Positions 13,602 through 26,190 are shown, counted from the first letter of the stretch. The stretch: DNA of 64,000 nt from Lingula anatina (GCA_051362555.1 CM120642.1:248001-312000), one strand, 5' to 3'. Numbers and translations are program-made. Notes: a model not told the origin generated them from the letters alone.

Positions 13602-16600
13602 TAATTAATTTTCACATTCCGAAATAAAGTTCTGTTGCTCATTTAATTTAATAATGGCTGTTTATATGATGGAAATAAGGCAAAACCATTTCACATTATT
13701 TGTTCTTATCCACTGAAAATTCCAGCAAGATACCTTAGATATTTTGAGTTACAGTCTGTTTACAGTCGACAGGTCTAACAGCATGGCAATTTAACTCACC
13801 TGGATGTTTCACGGGGGAAGGAGATGGGGTGTTATAATTACAAAGCTGACACCAGAATTACTTAAAATTAATCCTTAAATTTTCCGAGTGGTAATACTAC
13901 AAATTTCCTTTTCAATACCGCCTCATCAATGAATAGTTTTTCGCCAGTATAACATATCAGATTTTATATTTCATAAAATCAAATTGAGTTTTCTTCAGTT
14001 CATAAAGCGCATTGTTAACTTCGGATGTTGAGTAAGTGTAACCCAATTTTTCGACATTATGTGTCTTTATCTTCTGCATGTGTCAGTAAGATATCTATCT
14101 AACCGTATGAGTCATGTTTACTGCTGCCGGCAGGTGTAATTGGCAATTGATAATTAGTTCACCTTGAAGTAGGTCTAGGTGGTGAGATGGGCTATTCTGA
14201 TAACAAACTTAACACATTTCATTAGCTAACAGTCTTGTTCAATCACCTTTTATCGCGTCATCTAGCCAGGAAAGGCATGCTCTGAACTAGGACAAAGACA
14301 AAGTACACAAATAGAGTCCAAATGCATATTTATTCACACATCCAAGTCTTGTACAAAAAAGTAAAAATAAATAAATAAATAAATAAACTACTACTTCAAA
14401 GACAATAATAAATGAGATCAAATCATTTATATCAGCACATATAAAATGAAAAAAAATCCCCTGAGCATCATGTGAGAATTATAAAATTAATTTAAAAGTA
14501 CAATGTAAAAAAAAAAAAATTATCAAATGCATGGTTTCCATGTGAATGAAACATCTTATAAAATACTAAGCACCAGATAAATGTAGCTGCAAATGTAAAC
14601 GGATATCAAAATATTTCAAGTCAAATTAAACTAAACCCACATAGTTCAAGAAATAAAGCACCATAAAATGTTACACCAGCTAATTTATTAAATGCACAAT
14701 ATTACTGTATCACAAGCCATGCAAATAAAAGCATATGGCACAAAGATGATGAAAATAGTATTCAACCAGTTCTATCAAGTAAACAAAAACACTTACAAAT
14801 GCTTATCAAAAAGCAACATTTGTACAAAATCAAAAGTACAAAATCAGTTTAGACATCATAGAGTAAACATACATGTACATACAGTGTTGCAAAATAATTT
14901 TAGACATTTCTTTTTCTTTTCCTGTTTTTTGGAGAATCTGTTCAATCAGGATCATTGTACAGGTAATCTGCAATGTACACCCTGAGCTTCAGAGATAACT
15001 TGACACTTACCTCTTCACAATAGCCTATCTTCATCGTGTCAAGTTACCTCTGACGAAAATAGTTTGACCTAGTTTATATAAGCCAATCGAATCCAAGTTT
15101 CAAAATTTTTCACCAAAGTTTGGTGAAAACGCTGATTGGTTGACCGTCAATCGGTAATCCTCGGCTGATTCCGCAAGTTCCATACTAACAACAAAGTTAT
15201 TGGCGAGTGCGGAGACATCCGAGTAGTTCCGAGTGCATAACCGTACACAAAGAAAGCATGGCGTCTCCTACGAGTGACTACGTAAAATAATGTGTTAAGT
15301 TATCTCTTGATTCTTTGCAAAATATGAGTACTTCGGAATTAAAACCAGAGCAGTTTGAGGCCCTGCATCATTATCTACTGAGGGATGATGTATTTTGCGT
15401 GCTGCCCACAGGTTACGGCAAGTCCCTGATATTCAGCCTTATCTTTGATTGGTCCGGATTTGAACAAAGCGCGCTCTGACTCGTTCGCGTTCATTGGCTA
15501 GATCGTTCAATGAGTTATTGAGTGCGGGATTTAAATTTGATTGGCAGGCGGCGGGAGCAATCGAATGTGGTCAGAGGTAACTTGACACGATGAAGATAGG
15601 CTATTGTGAAGTGGTAAGTGTCAAGTTATCTCTGAAGCTCAGGGTGGCCATGTAGTGATACCTGTAGAAACACGGGGCAGGACACATTCTAACATCACAT
15701 ACACTGCAGGTGTAAAAAATATCAACACGCTGAACATGGACTACACAAGCACTTCTCTTTTTATCCGGGGCAAGTGCAGGAGCATGGTTCATATTGCGAT
15801 TACGACGCACACATTTAGGAAGTGCAGCAAGTGTTTTTCTCTGCCCTGTCTCCGAAACATTATTACCAATTAATTCTTCAGACAACATTCTAGTAAAGTC
15901 TTTCATTTTAATGTTTTTTCCACTTGTTTTTATACAATATGTAGGAATTTACCCTTACAACATCTAAAAGAAACCAAAACAATTTCAGGTACCAGACCAC
16001 ACCACGCATTAGGCGTTTATGAGCATTTATTCTTTGATCAGAGAGATCTACACCTCCCATGTTTGAATTATAGGCAGTCACTAACACATGGCGAGGCACA
16101 TTGTTTTTCTCCCATTTGCCATTGATTTTGGCTGAACGCTGCACACAGTCAAATGTATTAGCGACTGGAAGGGTTGTCAGAAGAGTCACCGGTTTTTATC
16201 TTTCCATGTCACAGCAGTAAACGATCCCTTGTACATGTGTATGACATCTCCTCTGTTCATTTGTTTCACGTCATTGGATTTAGCACTCATAGTGTTTGGT
16301 AAACCTTTTCTGTTGGATCTAACAGTTCCACAGGCAGGGGCAGATCTTTGCAAAATAGATTGAAAGGCATGTATGCTAGTGTAATAATTGTCCATGCAAT
16401 CATAGATTCGTCGAGCGAAATTTCCCTTTCTGGAGAGTACACTGTTCTTATTTTTTTCACCACATAGTCCAAAATTGAACGTATTTTATAAAGTTTGTCA
16501 TAATTCGGATTGTTTTTGTCTGATATGGCAGTTTCATTATCCACAATGCAACGTAGGATAGCAAGAACTCTATCGCGGGACATTATTTTTCCAAACCCAG

Positions 16601-19600
16601 GTGAAGAAATCATCCAATTCTTAGTCCAATAGTCTTTGATGTTAGTTTTCACGACAAGTCCTATTGCAAAAATCATGTCAAGCCAGGCTTTTAGTTCATC
16701 TAAGGTTAGTTCTGTCCATGCACACTTGTGTTGATCTGGCGCTCTTGTTCTCTCCTGAGTGGCATACAGGTTGGTCTGAGTGCATCTGAGCTGCAGAAGG
16801 GTGTTGGTAAAAAAATAAACTAAAAAGTGTACCAGGTGTAACTGACTGGATATTTTCTTGCTCAGTAGCATCTGGGGACAGACCAGGTTTCCCTCCAAAT
16901 CTGATATTAGCGTCCTTTCTGTTAGTGATATCTTCACTCCACTCTTCTTGTTCATGTGTGTCTACATAAACCTCACGTGCGACGTCGTCTGTGAAGGAAG
17001 CGGCGTCTATTTCAGGCTCTGCATCAGAGTCATCTCTCCGGCATGCTGATCTCGATAGCGGCATGTCTACATCATTATCTTCACTCTCTGTATCACTAAA
17101 CATTTCACCATCATCATCAGAGTTTTCAAGTAATTCTAACACATTCTCCACTGCCATGTACGTCTCTTTCTACTGCGCTCAGCCATTTTGAATTCACCTG
17201 GTGACAGCGACTTTAGCAGGGTGTGATAAAATCACGATTTCTGGCAATTAATAACCTCAGAGAAGGAACAATTATGACTGAACTGACAGACAACATACAA
17301 CCAGGTGCTTTTAAAGCGTCTTTATTGAATGTCAGGTAACAATAGGTGACATAACAAGCACGAAAAGTTATAACCGCATATGTGCGGTAACCGGCCCTAG
17401 GGACCTTTAAGAAAGAACCGCACATGTGCGGTTACCGGCCTTATGGGGTTAAAGATCAAAGCCAAAAGCTACCGGGAATGCGTCGCAAGTGCTTCTCCCC
17501 CACGACTAGAGCAAACTAGGCATGCTCACAATGAAAAATGAACGTCGATTGTGCAACGTGTAAAACAATTTTCAAAAACTTCAAATTTTGCTAAGTGCTG
17601 CTTCCAATATGCGTCCAAAAAGGCACGAGAAAAAGCTTAGAGAGCAGAAAAAAGGGAGGAGGAAGAAGAAAGAAGAGGAGAACAGGGGGGCAAAACTGAC
17701 GTACGCCGCCAGTACGTCATCACAAGCATGTGAGGCAAGCGTGAAGCAAAAGTGACGCCAAAGGGAACTACCTACGCCGTCCTACTGACTCCACGCCCTC
17801 TACTGCACCCACAATTCGTAGGGCGCAGAAACCACTAAATCAACCAATCACCGACTGTTATAGACGAATTTGGTTCAGTGAGAGAAAATAAGTGTTTTTT
17901 TTTCCATTTTTTCCTGGCATTTCTTGTGTGTTGCTAGGGTTAATTTTGGTATCAACTAGCAGGCTAGGGTGTAAACTACTGCCATTTTTTTTCAGGACCA
18001 GGCTCAGGTGCGGTGCAGTCGTGAAACCTCTGGTGGAGGGGGCTACTAACTGTGAGTGGTGCAGTGGTTTGTTTACAAACAGAGGGGTGCACATGTTCAA
18101 GTGATGCCGGTAAGGCACTTGAGTTGATGACAGTATTTTTTTTTTGCCATTGGGAGTTATATCAGTGTCTCTGCTGTCCATGGGGATGGGAAATTTGTCC
18201 TTTTTCATAAAATGTATCTTTCAATTGATTTCTGTACATCTGAAAAGTTTACCCGTTATATGTTTTAGACACAAATACTACATGTACGTATTCTGCAAAA
18301 TTGACCCATTATAAACGAAATCAAAAGATGGCCTTTGCATTTAGTAAATATTTCCATTTTCCACTGACTAAATGGTGAATTGGGATATAAATGACATGGT
18401 CTTTATTCTTCGTGTAGGCCTATTAGTTTTACACCTTAGACTAATCATCTGTCGGCATTTTTCAAATTCACAATTTACATTACTTATAAAAAGAATAATG
18501 AAATAATTATTTCAACTTATCTTATGTTTAAATATCCACTAAAAGAAAATACTTTCGGAGTTAAAAATGATTGGTAAAAATGGCTTCTCCATTTTTTCTG
18601 CCTGTAATGGTGATAATCAATCATTGATAAATGTGAATAAAGCTACTCTTACAACCGGTCGTGCGTGCTTCTACGAGCGGTTTGCGTGCAAAAAATTGGC
18701 CAAGTAGTAAGATACACGCACGTGGAACGTACTTTATATGGTGGACGTAAACACGACGCAAAGCACGCAGCCCGAAAACTGGCCGGCCGGTTTTCGCTAC
18801 GACCTGTCGTAGAACGCCTGGAGCACGCTCGTACCCGCAAGACAAAAGTACTGAGTAAGTGTGTTAGGCGTGCGTGTAACGCATGAAAGGCATGCAGAAA
18901 TTCCGGGGTATTATACCACAAAGACGATGTACTGACCACGCAAGAGACTCGTACGTTCAACTTGCTTTCAATGTACGTGTTAACAAAAAGGGGGTGAGCG
19001 CACTTCCTCCGTGCGTTTATCTTACTTCCAAAGTGCGTGGTGATTACTACTACCGTACTTGTGAATTACGTCACACTAAGACGACGCACTTGACCAGCAC
19101 GATAAAAGTGTGTCACAAGTACTTGCTTAGGTGCATCGTGCGCCTATATCAAAGCTGATACGAACAGTCTGCTCTAAGTTTGGAAGCGCCATTTTGAAAG
19201 CTAAAACAGGAATGATGAAGAGACTCGGTGCTCCCTTTTATATTATTTTGATTATCCGTGTGTTCCACCAATTTGACGCACGGGTGTCGTGCTTAACACT
19301 TCCGTGCTCATTACGTTTCTCTTATGTTTCTCTAACTTCGTAAGTACGATTTCTGAAAACGTGCGCTTCACTTGCAATACACGTACGATTATCTCACTCA
19401 CTGTGTGCGACACAAGTACAGATCGTACGTGCTCCTTACTTCTTCCTACTTCCAAAAAAGGTGTACAGACCTCTTGCGGGCCCCACGTTTAGAGCATGAC
19501 ACACCTTATCATAAAGTACTTACTACTTACGTCCGCTGCGATTTAATTTTCATCCTGCGACAACGCTACGCCTGACAAGAACTCCGAGGACGCAGAGCAA

Positions 19601-21999
19601 CAGACCGAAGTTACGACCTCGACCTGTGACCTTTCACTATAGGTACATGTTAACGACCTGGATGGAATGGCCACCTGATCTTTGGTCATAAGGCTAGGAA
19701 TACTTATTTATCATACATGTTTTTCATTCTTGTTCAACGGGATGAACAGCAAAGTTCTCTAACCATTAATCAATATTTCTTCAAAGCGAATAAAAGATTT
19801 CTAAGCTTTTAATTCACATGTACCTGTATAGGCTTGTATTTATCAATATTCCAACCAAATGTGAACTTTGTATTATGATTCAATGGAATACTACTCAAAA
19901 CTCCGTCGGAATTAATACAAGACAAATACCACAGAATGCCATTTAAATACCCGGTGTGTTCGATGCTGAAGTACACTGTAGGCTATGTTCGACGATGAAC
20001 TACATTTTATACTGTATGTCCTACGATAACAGTTAATTATTTATAAGAAGACTTACTTGAGGTCTTCTAGATCCTTTTTCTTTGGTACGTTCTTGGTGTT
20101 ATAAATCAGCTGTGATGTAAGCAGCACTGTCATCACCAGAATACCAACATCATTAGCAGAATCGGAATCAAAGGCATCTGCAAGTCAAGGAAAGCCTGTG
20201 TAATGAAAATTATTCTGATAGGTTTGTAGAAGGATTAAGTTGACTGCAGCTAAGAAAATGAGATCCGAATGAGGTAATTGATTAATTTATGAGCTGCACT
20301 ATAACGATTACTAAAATTACAAAACATGTTTTGCACAGCTAATCCAGAACAAATTCAAGCGACAATGCTTCAGAGAAACAAAAATTATACACTAGGCCAA
20401 GTGGTACACACAGCACGGGTAGAAAAAGCAACTGGGAAACTACACAGCTCTGTTAAAGATATCCACAGCATTCGACAGAGTGGCAATTAGCACGTGTCGT
20501 CCCATATCCTCCACAACAATTAACATTTTCAAACTCAGGATAACCAAGAAAACGTACGTTTTGTTCCCCCAATCCTGACATGTCTTTGATAGATATAAAT
20601 ATTGTTGCGGCTAGAATACATATCATAAACTCTTCACATCGGGAGGGGGGAAAGAGACAAAGGGACAAAGACTAAGAACCGAGAGTGAAGCAGGCACGCA
20701 ATTTAAAAAGTCACAACCTCGTGTAAGTAAAGTACAAGTTAAGTTAGTTTGTAAGTTTATAAGTTCTAACATGTGATTGTGCACATGAATATTATGTAAC
20801 TCCCATGTGAAGTGAAATTGGTACTTTAGATGTATTCATGTTACAGACTCGCACATTTATTCACCGTAGATTCCTCTTAATTCATCAGGTTACATATGTT
20901 ATTATTGTTTATCAAAGAAATAGAATGGATTAAGTCTTTTGTACTAGCTGCATAGATTACTCAGAATTCCTCCTGCAGAATGTAATTAATAAGAAAGTGA
21001 AGTTGTTCAAAGATCGCAGATTAAGGACTAAAATGATGATAAGATTCCCACATTTTGTCTATGTTTTTGCTTGTATGAGTTCATGAAATATGGTTATTTA
21101 ATGGAACTAGTATGTATAGCAAAGAAAACTCAATGTATATTTTTATTTATTTTATTTTTATTTTATTTTATTCATTTTTCTTTCAGACGTGTTCATGCTT
21201 ATGTATACAATAAAGGTCACCAAAAGAAACGAAGTTGTTGTATTTTTAAGCAACCACAAATACCCTGTATATTTACCTGTCCCCTCGCTATCTATCAAGA
21301 TAGTGGTTAAACCTTTCTCTCTATTTCTCAGGACCTTTGTTCCCATCCAAATACCGAACGTCTGAGAGCTCATTTTATTCCCAAGCTCAAACGCATCATG
21401 AGCTCCAGACATCCTGCGAAGGGACAAAATCCCATTTAAGTAATCATGCAGCATATAAAGACAGACACAGACATGTATCATAGGGCATATGTTATTGCTG
21501 TTTTCGAGTGATATAATATTGATCTATATTCTAACTTTTTTAAAAAGTTGTCACTTTCTAATGCACATGTATGAGCAAACGGGTTGTACCCCGACTTTAA
21601 CATTGATCTGTCACGTTTTAGATTTACATCCATAGATTATATGCCTTCTGCTAATCAAAATAAAAAAATCGTATTCAATTGAACAATATATATAACCTAC
21701 ATATACCTTGACATAAGGTAAGACTTTCCGCTCCGTGCTGCTCCACAAATCCCCACTACACTGACTGGATCTGTTACATCTTGTAGCAGCTCCAGTGCCT
21801 CGTCCACCACGACCAGGTGGGTTCTTTTCACACCTGTCTGCTTAACGACCTTGCCTGAAGTGGAATCATACTGAAAGTCGTTCGGCAAAATCAGAGGCAC
21901 AGAGGTTTGCCTTGTTGCTAGATCTCTTTGGGAGATGGGCAATATCTCGTAGCCCTGTCTTCTATGAGGGGCTGTCAGCGATTTGTCATCTGCAGCCAT
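3477..21999 (-). CDS. GBP: Guanylate-binding protein-like large GTPase, paralog A (5' part; 3' exons lie left of the window)
   Basis: Coding exons 21707-21999, 21277-21413, 20057-20177, 11624-11804, 11145-11397, 10010-10164, 3891-3961, 3477-3622; GT-AG junctions with compatible phases. GBP motifs G1 GAARSGKS, G2 SQTFGIW, G3 DSEG, LLTSQLIYN, G4 FPNFMWLLRD. Confidence 0.9.
3891..3961 (-). CDS. GBP: GBP paralog A coding exon 7
   Basis: tag|EAIKEVCLRGSEMNPMEERDDPE|GTAAGA; paralogous to 50423-50496. Confidence 0.8.
4192..4833 (-). mobile_element. Truncated Penelope-like retroelement with inverted pseudo-LTR
   Basis: Minus-strand GIY-YIG remnant (CQVCEEKYIGETGRSLT*RITEHKK, ~4565-4645) flanked by ~145-bp inverted copies (4192-4340, 4688-4833). 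Confidence 0.8.
4734..4781 (+). ncRNA. Minimal type I hammerhead ribozyme motif in Penelope pLTR
   Basis: CUGAUGA-a-GUCUG/CAGAU stem II-GAAA-UAUU, short stem I CAUUCC/GGAUG; second copy on minus strand ~4245-4292 with CUGGUGA. Confidence 0.6.
6728..7260 (-). pseudogene. Tc1-like DD34E transposase, 5'-truncated and frameshifted
   Basis: PKPKHPYKVHVWAGI...; QQDNDSKHTS...PPESPDLNRIENVW with 34 residues between D and E; frameshift near 7114; first catalytic D and HTH not seen. Confidence 0.85.
8113..8520 (+). CDS. BEN-domain-like ORF inside the Tc1 element (start uncertain, may be a remnant)
   Basis: SSPGNFCVQLTGRLFTIDER...NVTG...RDPICKYRLNYIK...FWKKCISSMNKANR fits the BEN consensus; Pro-rich segment upstream in another frame; AATAAA at ~8561. 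Confidence 0.65.
   Translation: MRSTYTTLPLPVTYTVPTLCPTESRNQSFGRPPVAFSNKEIYEIRQRASSPGNFCVQLTGRLFTIDERIRKDRNVTGVDGRDPICKYRLNYIKDMANKLFITETTDKSFWKKCISSMNKANRNIRTYYKNKFQSC
10010..10164 (-). CDS. GBP: GBP paralog A coding exon 6
   Basis: GDQLATMLQHYVEAVNHPDTIPAMKSAW...YNTEMT|GTACGT; paralogous to 54414-54568. Confidence 0.88.
10657..10892. mobile_element. Short hAT-like MITE remnant
   Basis: Ends AATCCGCCACTG; internal GTGCCATTTGG...GCTAGTCAAAATTCTAA shared with ~62739-62915. Confidence 0.4.
11145..11397 (-). CDS. GBP: GBP paralog A coding exon 5
   Basis: VFKK...AFRKVEAFTLPTPG...KRGMTVGSKITG|GTATGG; paralogous to 54715-54967. Confidence 0.88.
11526..11556. repeat. (TG)n microsatellite
   Basis: Direct reading. 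Confidence 0.95.
11624..11804 (-). CDS. GBP: GBP paralog A coding exon 4 (G4)
   Basis: ALTDVTGRIRAKENEEV...FPNFMWLLRDVYLK...YVKEV|GTGAGT; paralogous to 58901-59081. Confidence 0.88.
13320..14210. repeat. Degenerate ~400-bp tandem repeat with internal (TA)n at ~13555-13600
   Basis: TTTTGAGTTACAGTC.GTTTAC...GGCAATT...TCACCT recurs at ~13323, ~13743, ~14108. Confidence 0.5.
14978..15646 (+). mobile_element. Non-autonomous AcademH-like DNA transposon with RecQ-type helicase fragment
   Basis: ~77-bp TIRs starting CACCCTGAGCTTCAGAG; 8-bp flanks GCAATGTA/GCCATGTA; internal LKPEQFEALHHYLLRDDVFCVLPTGYGKSLIF (SF2 motif I) at ~15338-15435. Confidence 0.75.
15647..17448 (-). mobile_element. Decayed piggyBac transposon (PGBD4-like transposase pseudogene ~15647-17157)
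   Basis: Acidic N-terminus, MSRDR, LYKIR, SLDESM, MDNYY, GTVRSNR, YNSNMGGVDLSD, C-terminal CVVH...CSVC...C...CF..YH; several frameshifts; end GGG|TTAA at 17446-17452 with palindromic subterminal ACCGCA(C/T)ATGTGCGG repeats; other end not located. Confidence 0.9.
17453..17712. repeat. Interspersed repeat, inverted copy at ~52124-52400
   Basis: Shared GGCAAAACTGACGTACGCCG, AAAAGCTTAGAGAGCAGAAAA, TTCCAATATG motifs. Confidence 0.6.
18645..19575. repeat. CpG-rich block of dispersed CACG/CGTAC motifs, probably a non-autonomous DNA transposon body
   Basis: Dense ACACG/CGTAC/GCACG repeats in an AT-rich context; termini not resolved. Confidence 0.4.
20057..20177 (-). CDS. GBP: GBP paralog A coding exon 3
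   Basis: DAFDSDSANDVGILVMTVLLTSQLIYNTKNVPKKKDLEDL, donor GTAAGT; near-identical to 61241-61361. Confidence 0.88.
21277..21413 (-). CDS. GBP: GBP paralog A coding exon 2 (G2/G3)
   Basis: cag|G...AFELGNKMSSQTFGIWMG...ILIDSEGT G|GTAAAT. Confidence 0.9.
21707..21999 (-). CDS. GBP: GBP paralog A coding exon 1 (ATG, P-loop)
   Basis: MAADDK...VSVVGICGAARSGKSYLMS, donor AG|GTATAT; acceptor tttcag just upstream of the ATG. Confidence 0.9.
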
Positions 22000-22032
22000 G
22001 TTTCCAGAGCTGGTTTCTGAAATGAGGCTGTG

Positions 22033-22090
22033 GTATTATATTATATTATATTATATTATATTATATTATATTATATTATATTATATTATA
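22033..22090. repeat. (TATTA)n microsatellite
   Basis: Direct reading. Confidence 0.95.
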
Positions 22091-22249
22091 TGATGTGTTT
22101 CACTGTCTACATGAAGAAAGACAAAAGTATAACATGTACTACACCCTGTAATTATGAATATATTTGTTTCAAATTAGTACTTAAATGTATATCATGAATA
22201 AAATGAACATCGTGCTTTGACATATGGATGCTTCCATGCAGTTACAGGT

Positions 22250-23285
22250 ACAATAACCCGGTCCTATTCAACATCTTCATTTATGACTTAAAAAGTGAAC
22301 TCTACACAAATAATAAGACCAAGAAAGTTGAAGGATTAAAGCACATTTTATTTGCAGATGACCTTGTACTGCTCTCACAGACAAAAGTCCCTGCAAGCGA
22401 CGGAACCTAAAAGTAAATGAAAACAAATCAAATATATGTATTCAGCAAGTCTGGCAGAATTGGCTTTTTTTATAAAAAAACCAACCAATAGAAACAGTTA
22501 AGCGGTGCTTGTACCTGGGATAATTCTTACGATTCATTAAAACACTCGATGGAAAATCTCAAGCAAAAAGCCATGAAAGCCATGTTTACTCTAAAGGGAA
22601 TACTACCATCACAAGAAATGCCCTCGCCCATAATTACAATGAATCTCTTCGCCAAAATGATTAAACCCATCATTTTATATGGATGTGAAATCTGGGATCA
22701 AGAAATCTTCACAGAGAAAATAATGTTATTAAATGAAATAAACAAATTGCCCTTTGAACAAATACACTTATAATTTGTAAATGGGCACTTGGTGTGAGAA
22801 GGTCAGCCAGCAATAATGCCTGCCGTGCAGAACTTACGCGTCTCCCACTATACCTGGACATTGTAAAATTAGTATTAAGATAAAGTGAAAGGCTGACTAA
22901 CCTCCCATAACAAAGAATTGTTAAGCAAGCATACAGCAGGGAACAAACAAAAAGGGAAAATAACTGGTTTTGGGCAACATCAAATTTGACTTCATGTTGG
23001 GGACTAAATCACCCAGTTCCACCACAACTGACAATAAAATCCACAATCACCAAAACCTAGAGAGTTAAATAGCCATTGAAATAAAATCAGACTTTTGGGA
23101 AGGGTTGCACAAAGAGGAAAATGATAAGCTAAGGACATACAAAAATATTCACAAATCAATACGAGCCCGAACCACAACTAAAAATGAATATTCCACGTAC
23201 CCACAAAACTTTTTTGGCAACAATAAGAATAAGTGATCATAATCTAGAAGTTAAAAGAGGGCGACATACAAAACCCAAAAGACAA
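22250..23285 (+). mobile_element. Decayed RTEX-like LINE reverse transcriptase fragment
   Basis: LFNIFIYDL...LFADDLVLLSQ, IKPIILYGCEIW, PFEQIHL, SNNACRAEL, RISDH.LE; similar to 41624-42731; stops and frameshifts. Confidence 0.8.
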
Positions 23286-23441
23286 CTATATTTTTTTTTC
23301 TTGTTTCATTTATTTACAATCATTACTATATTTTCCATATTTATACCCTGGTACTTATAGTACTGTATCGGGATATCATACAATGACAATGGACCGTGAC
23401 TGGAGGAGGGGGGGGGAGGACACAGGCTAAGTCCAGTCTTT

Positions 23442-23995
23442 GAGCGGATTCTCAACGAATTGAGCCAGGCTTTACAAAGCCGGTGACCTAAAAATGGCGG
23501 ACGTACATGTAAGAAAACCGCCCAATCTTTTAATAGTCTCTCCGCCTCCCCACACGTCGTCCCTGCGGGATACAGTAATTAAATCTCGGCTCCGTTCGCC
23601 ATGCGGAAGCTACCTGAGAAATATTAAGTGCGCATGCTCATCAGTTAAACTCGTGGTGAAGAAAGCATGGCGGCTGAAGGCGTTCGAAGGAAAAAAGCTC
23701 TTCTGTTTTATTATCTGTCAAAACAGAGACGAAAAAGGAATGAATTGGCCCGTAGAGCAGCAACAAATCGACTATCTACGGAGATAATATCACCAGAGAT
23801 ATTCACAGAACTACCCAGCCCCAGTAGACGTAGTTGGAGGTTGGAGCCGAGATTTAATTACTGTACCCCGCAGGGACGACGGGTGGGGAGGCGGTGAGAC
23901 TTTTAAAAGATTAGGCGGTTTTTCTTTCATGTACGTCCGCCATTTTTAGGTCACCGGCTTTGTAAAGCCTGGCTCAATTCGTTGAGAATCCGCTC
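23442..23995 (+). mobile_element. Harbinger-like MITE with long TIRs
   Basis: ~150-bp TIRs starting GAGCGGATTCTCAACGAATTGAGCC; TTT flanks; internal MAAEGVRRKKALLFYYLSKQRRKR resembles a transposase N-terminus. Confidence 0.75.
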
Positions 23996-24429
23996 TTTAA
24001 CATCATTTTGACCACAGCTCCACCTAGTGGTAAAAAAATAGCAATGAGGAAGACTGCTGCAAAGAGCTGTTGAAAATTTCTAGTACACATACAGGTATTT
24101 TATCGTATTTTGCCTCTGAAGACTGCAAAGTAATCTGAGATTTTTTACACTCACTGTGGCGTTTCATCACTCCAGGGTGAAGTTTTTAGTCAGCTTCAAT
24201 GACTTTTTCACAACGTGAACAATGTATTTTACCTACAGGTGTATTGGGGAAGTAGGTTTCCGTTTTGATGCAGGTAATTTCTTTTTTTTTTTTTTTAATT
24301 TCCGGGTGAAAGTGAAAGGAAGGATGTCAATATGTCAGTAGAAATGTTGCCACCTTTTAATGCTTTATTTCTTATATCCATCAACACTAGTCTTTTAAAC
24401 CTTCCATCGATCAAACATAGCTATCAAGG

Positions 24430-24431
24430 TA

Positions 24432-24470
<39 letters not shown>

Positions 24471-24700
24471 GATTCTTATGTGGCGCCTTACATTCTATCT
24501 CAAGGCGCCTTACAATAATTATTTTCTTAAATCTAAGAGATATAGACAGAATTAAAAATGAGGGTCTTTAAAGAGATTTAAAATTGTCAAAGTCTTCTGT
24601 TTTTCTAATAAAATTTGGGAGAGCATTCCACACTTTTGGGGCGTAGATTATAAAAGCACTATCTCCATAACTTTTGAGACACTCCTTCTCTTAAACAGAA
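24430..24700 (-). mobile_element. 3' end of L2/CR1-type LINE with (TTA)n tail
   Basis: Minus strand KSYGDSAFIIYAPKVWNALPNFIR...FKSLFKT followed by (AAT)n at 24435-24470. Confidence 0.75.
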
Positions 24701-25064
24701 TGATCTAAAATAAAATCATTCTCAGTATTAAAACATGTGGACCGCCGTGGTAAGTTAAAACAGAGGGTATCGCTATCATAAAGGCATATGGAGAACCCTT
24801 GGTCATGTTTACCAGAACCTCCCACAGATTGAATTAAATGAAAGATACAGGTACTGTGTGTCTTATCTAATGTTGAGGCCGAAGTTAAACGTCAATGATA
24901 TTTTAATTATGTGAAGCTGTTTACATGACATACCATCACAGTGGATACTGTTCGGCTTACTCGTCAAAATTACTTTCTCAGATTCATTTTAGTAGCACCC
25001 CAGAATAATAATTATTAACAAAAACATTTTTGTTATGATATATTGCATAATCAATGTAAACATC

Positions 25065-25480
25065 CATCTTACATCTACACTTCCTTTTAAGGACGCATAC
25101 AAAGTCAATTTTTTGTCACAAAAAACAACCAAATGCCAGCATAAAGTTACAAGTAGTATAACTAAGAGAATTACCAAAAGGTATTGTTTAATTTTACCCG
25201 AAAATGATGTTTGAACGGATTTTTCTGCTGACATTCTAAGCTGTATGTCAATGGGGCAGGAAAGTAGGTCACGAAAGTAGGTTAAATTTACAACCAAAAA
25301 TTTAAAGAAAGGAGCAGTCTAAAGGTCTTTTATGGTTGATCGAGTGATCTATTCAGTTTATCCCTTGGCATGTTGAATTTATTTGAGTCATATAAGAATT
25401 TAGTAGAAGTGGTTTATGTTACTGGAAATCCACGATCCACCAGTGCTCGGTTTGTATGTACAGATAAATACGCTTAAAAG
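25065..25480 (+). repeat. Interspersed repeat, further copies at ~3110-3300 and ~61915-62290
   Basis: Shared AAAGTAGG...ACCAAAAATTT.AAGAAAGGAG...TTTTATGG...CCTTGGCATG...AATCCAC. Confidence 0.65.
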
Positions 25481-25769
25481 TTCATATCTATTATTCTCCA
25501 TTAAGGTTTAATCTCTGAACGCATCACCTGACAAGCACATGATGAATTTGTAATCTATGGACAAGTTTTATCAGATCTATGTCAAGAAGGGACCAAAATT
25601 GCACATACATATCGTAATGCAGTCTGAGAAAAGACAAACACTACCTAGGTCTAGACTGATTTAAAATATTACTTTTAGATGGGTCGTTTAGTTATACATT
25701 ATGACTGATAAGGCGAGTTTCTGCAATTAGAGAGAGGTGATCGAGGGTTGACGTGTTAACTGATTTAAC

Positions 25770-26190
25770 TGAACTACACCACAAGACACACTGTTCTGTA
25801 CTCTATCATCTGACCATGTTGCTGTGGCAGGGAGAGAGGACAGTTGGGAGGATCAGGGCTATCTTATTAACTGATTGGCATTCTTATTGCTAACACAGGG
25901 CAGTAGGGGAAGGAAAAGGGTCAGGGTTAATTAATAAACTAATTTTTCTGAACTGCATCACAGGGCACATTATATTGTACTTTATCAGCTGATTATAATG
26001 TAGAGGCCTGAACAGAGGGTAGTGGGGGCGGGGCAGGTTGACTTATTAACTTATATTTAAATGAACTGTATCACGGGGCACACTGTATTGTACTCTGCTG
26101 GCTGGTTATAATGTAGTGGCTGGGACACAGGGTAGTGGGGGGGGGGCAGGGTTGGCTTGTTAACTTATTGGCATCCTTATTGCTAACATA
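25770..26190. repeat. Imperfect tandem repeat, ~3 units
   Basis: GAACTG.ATCAC.GGGCACA...TTGTACT...GGGTAGTGGGGG recurs at ~25770, ~25950, ~26063. Confidence 0.55.

Noticed and set aside
15328-15440. Host RecQ helicase gene exon
   Set aside because: Short fragment enclosed by TIRs and a target duplication; no other helicase exons present.
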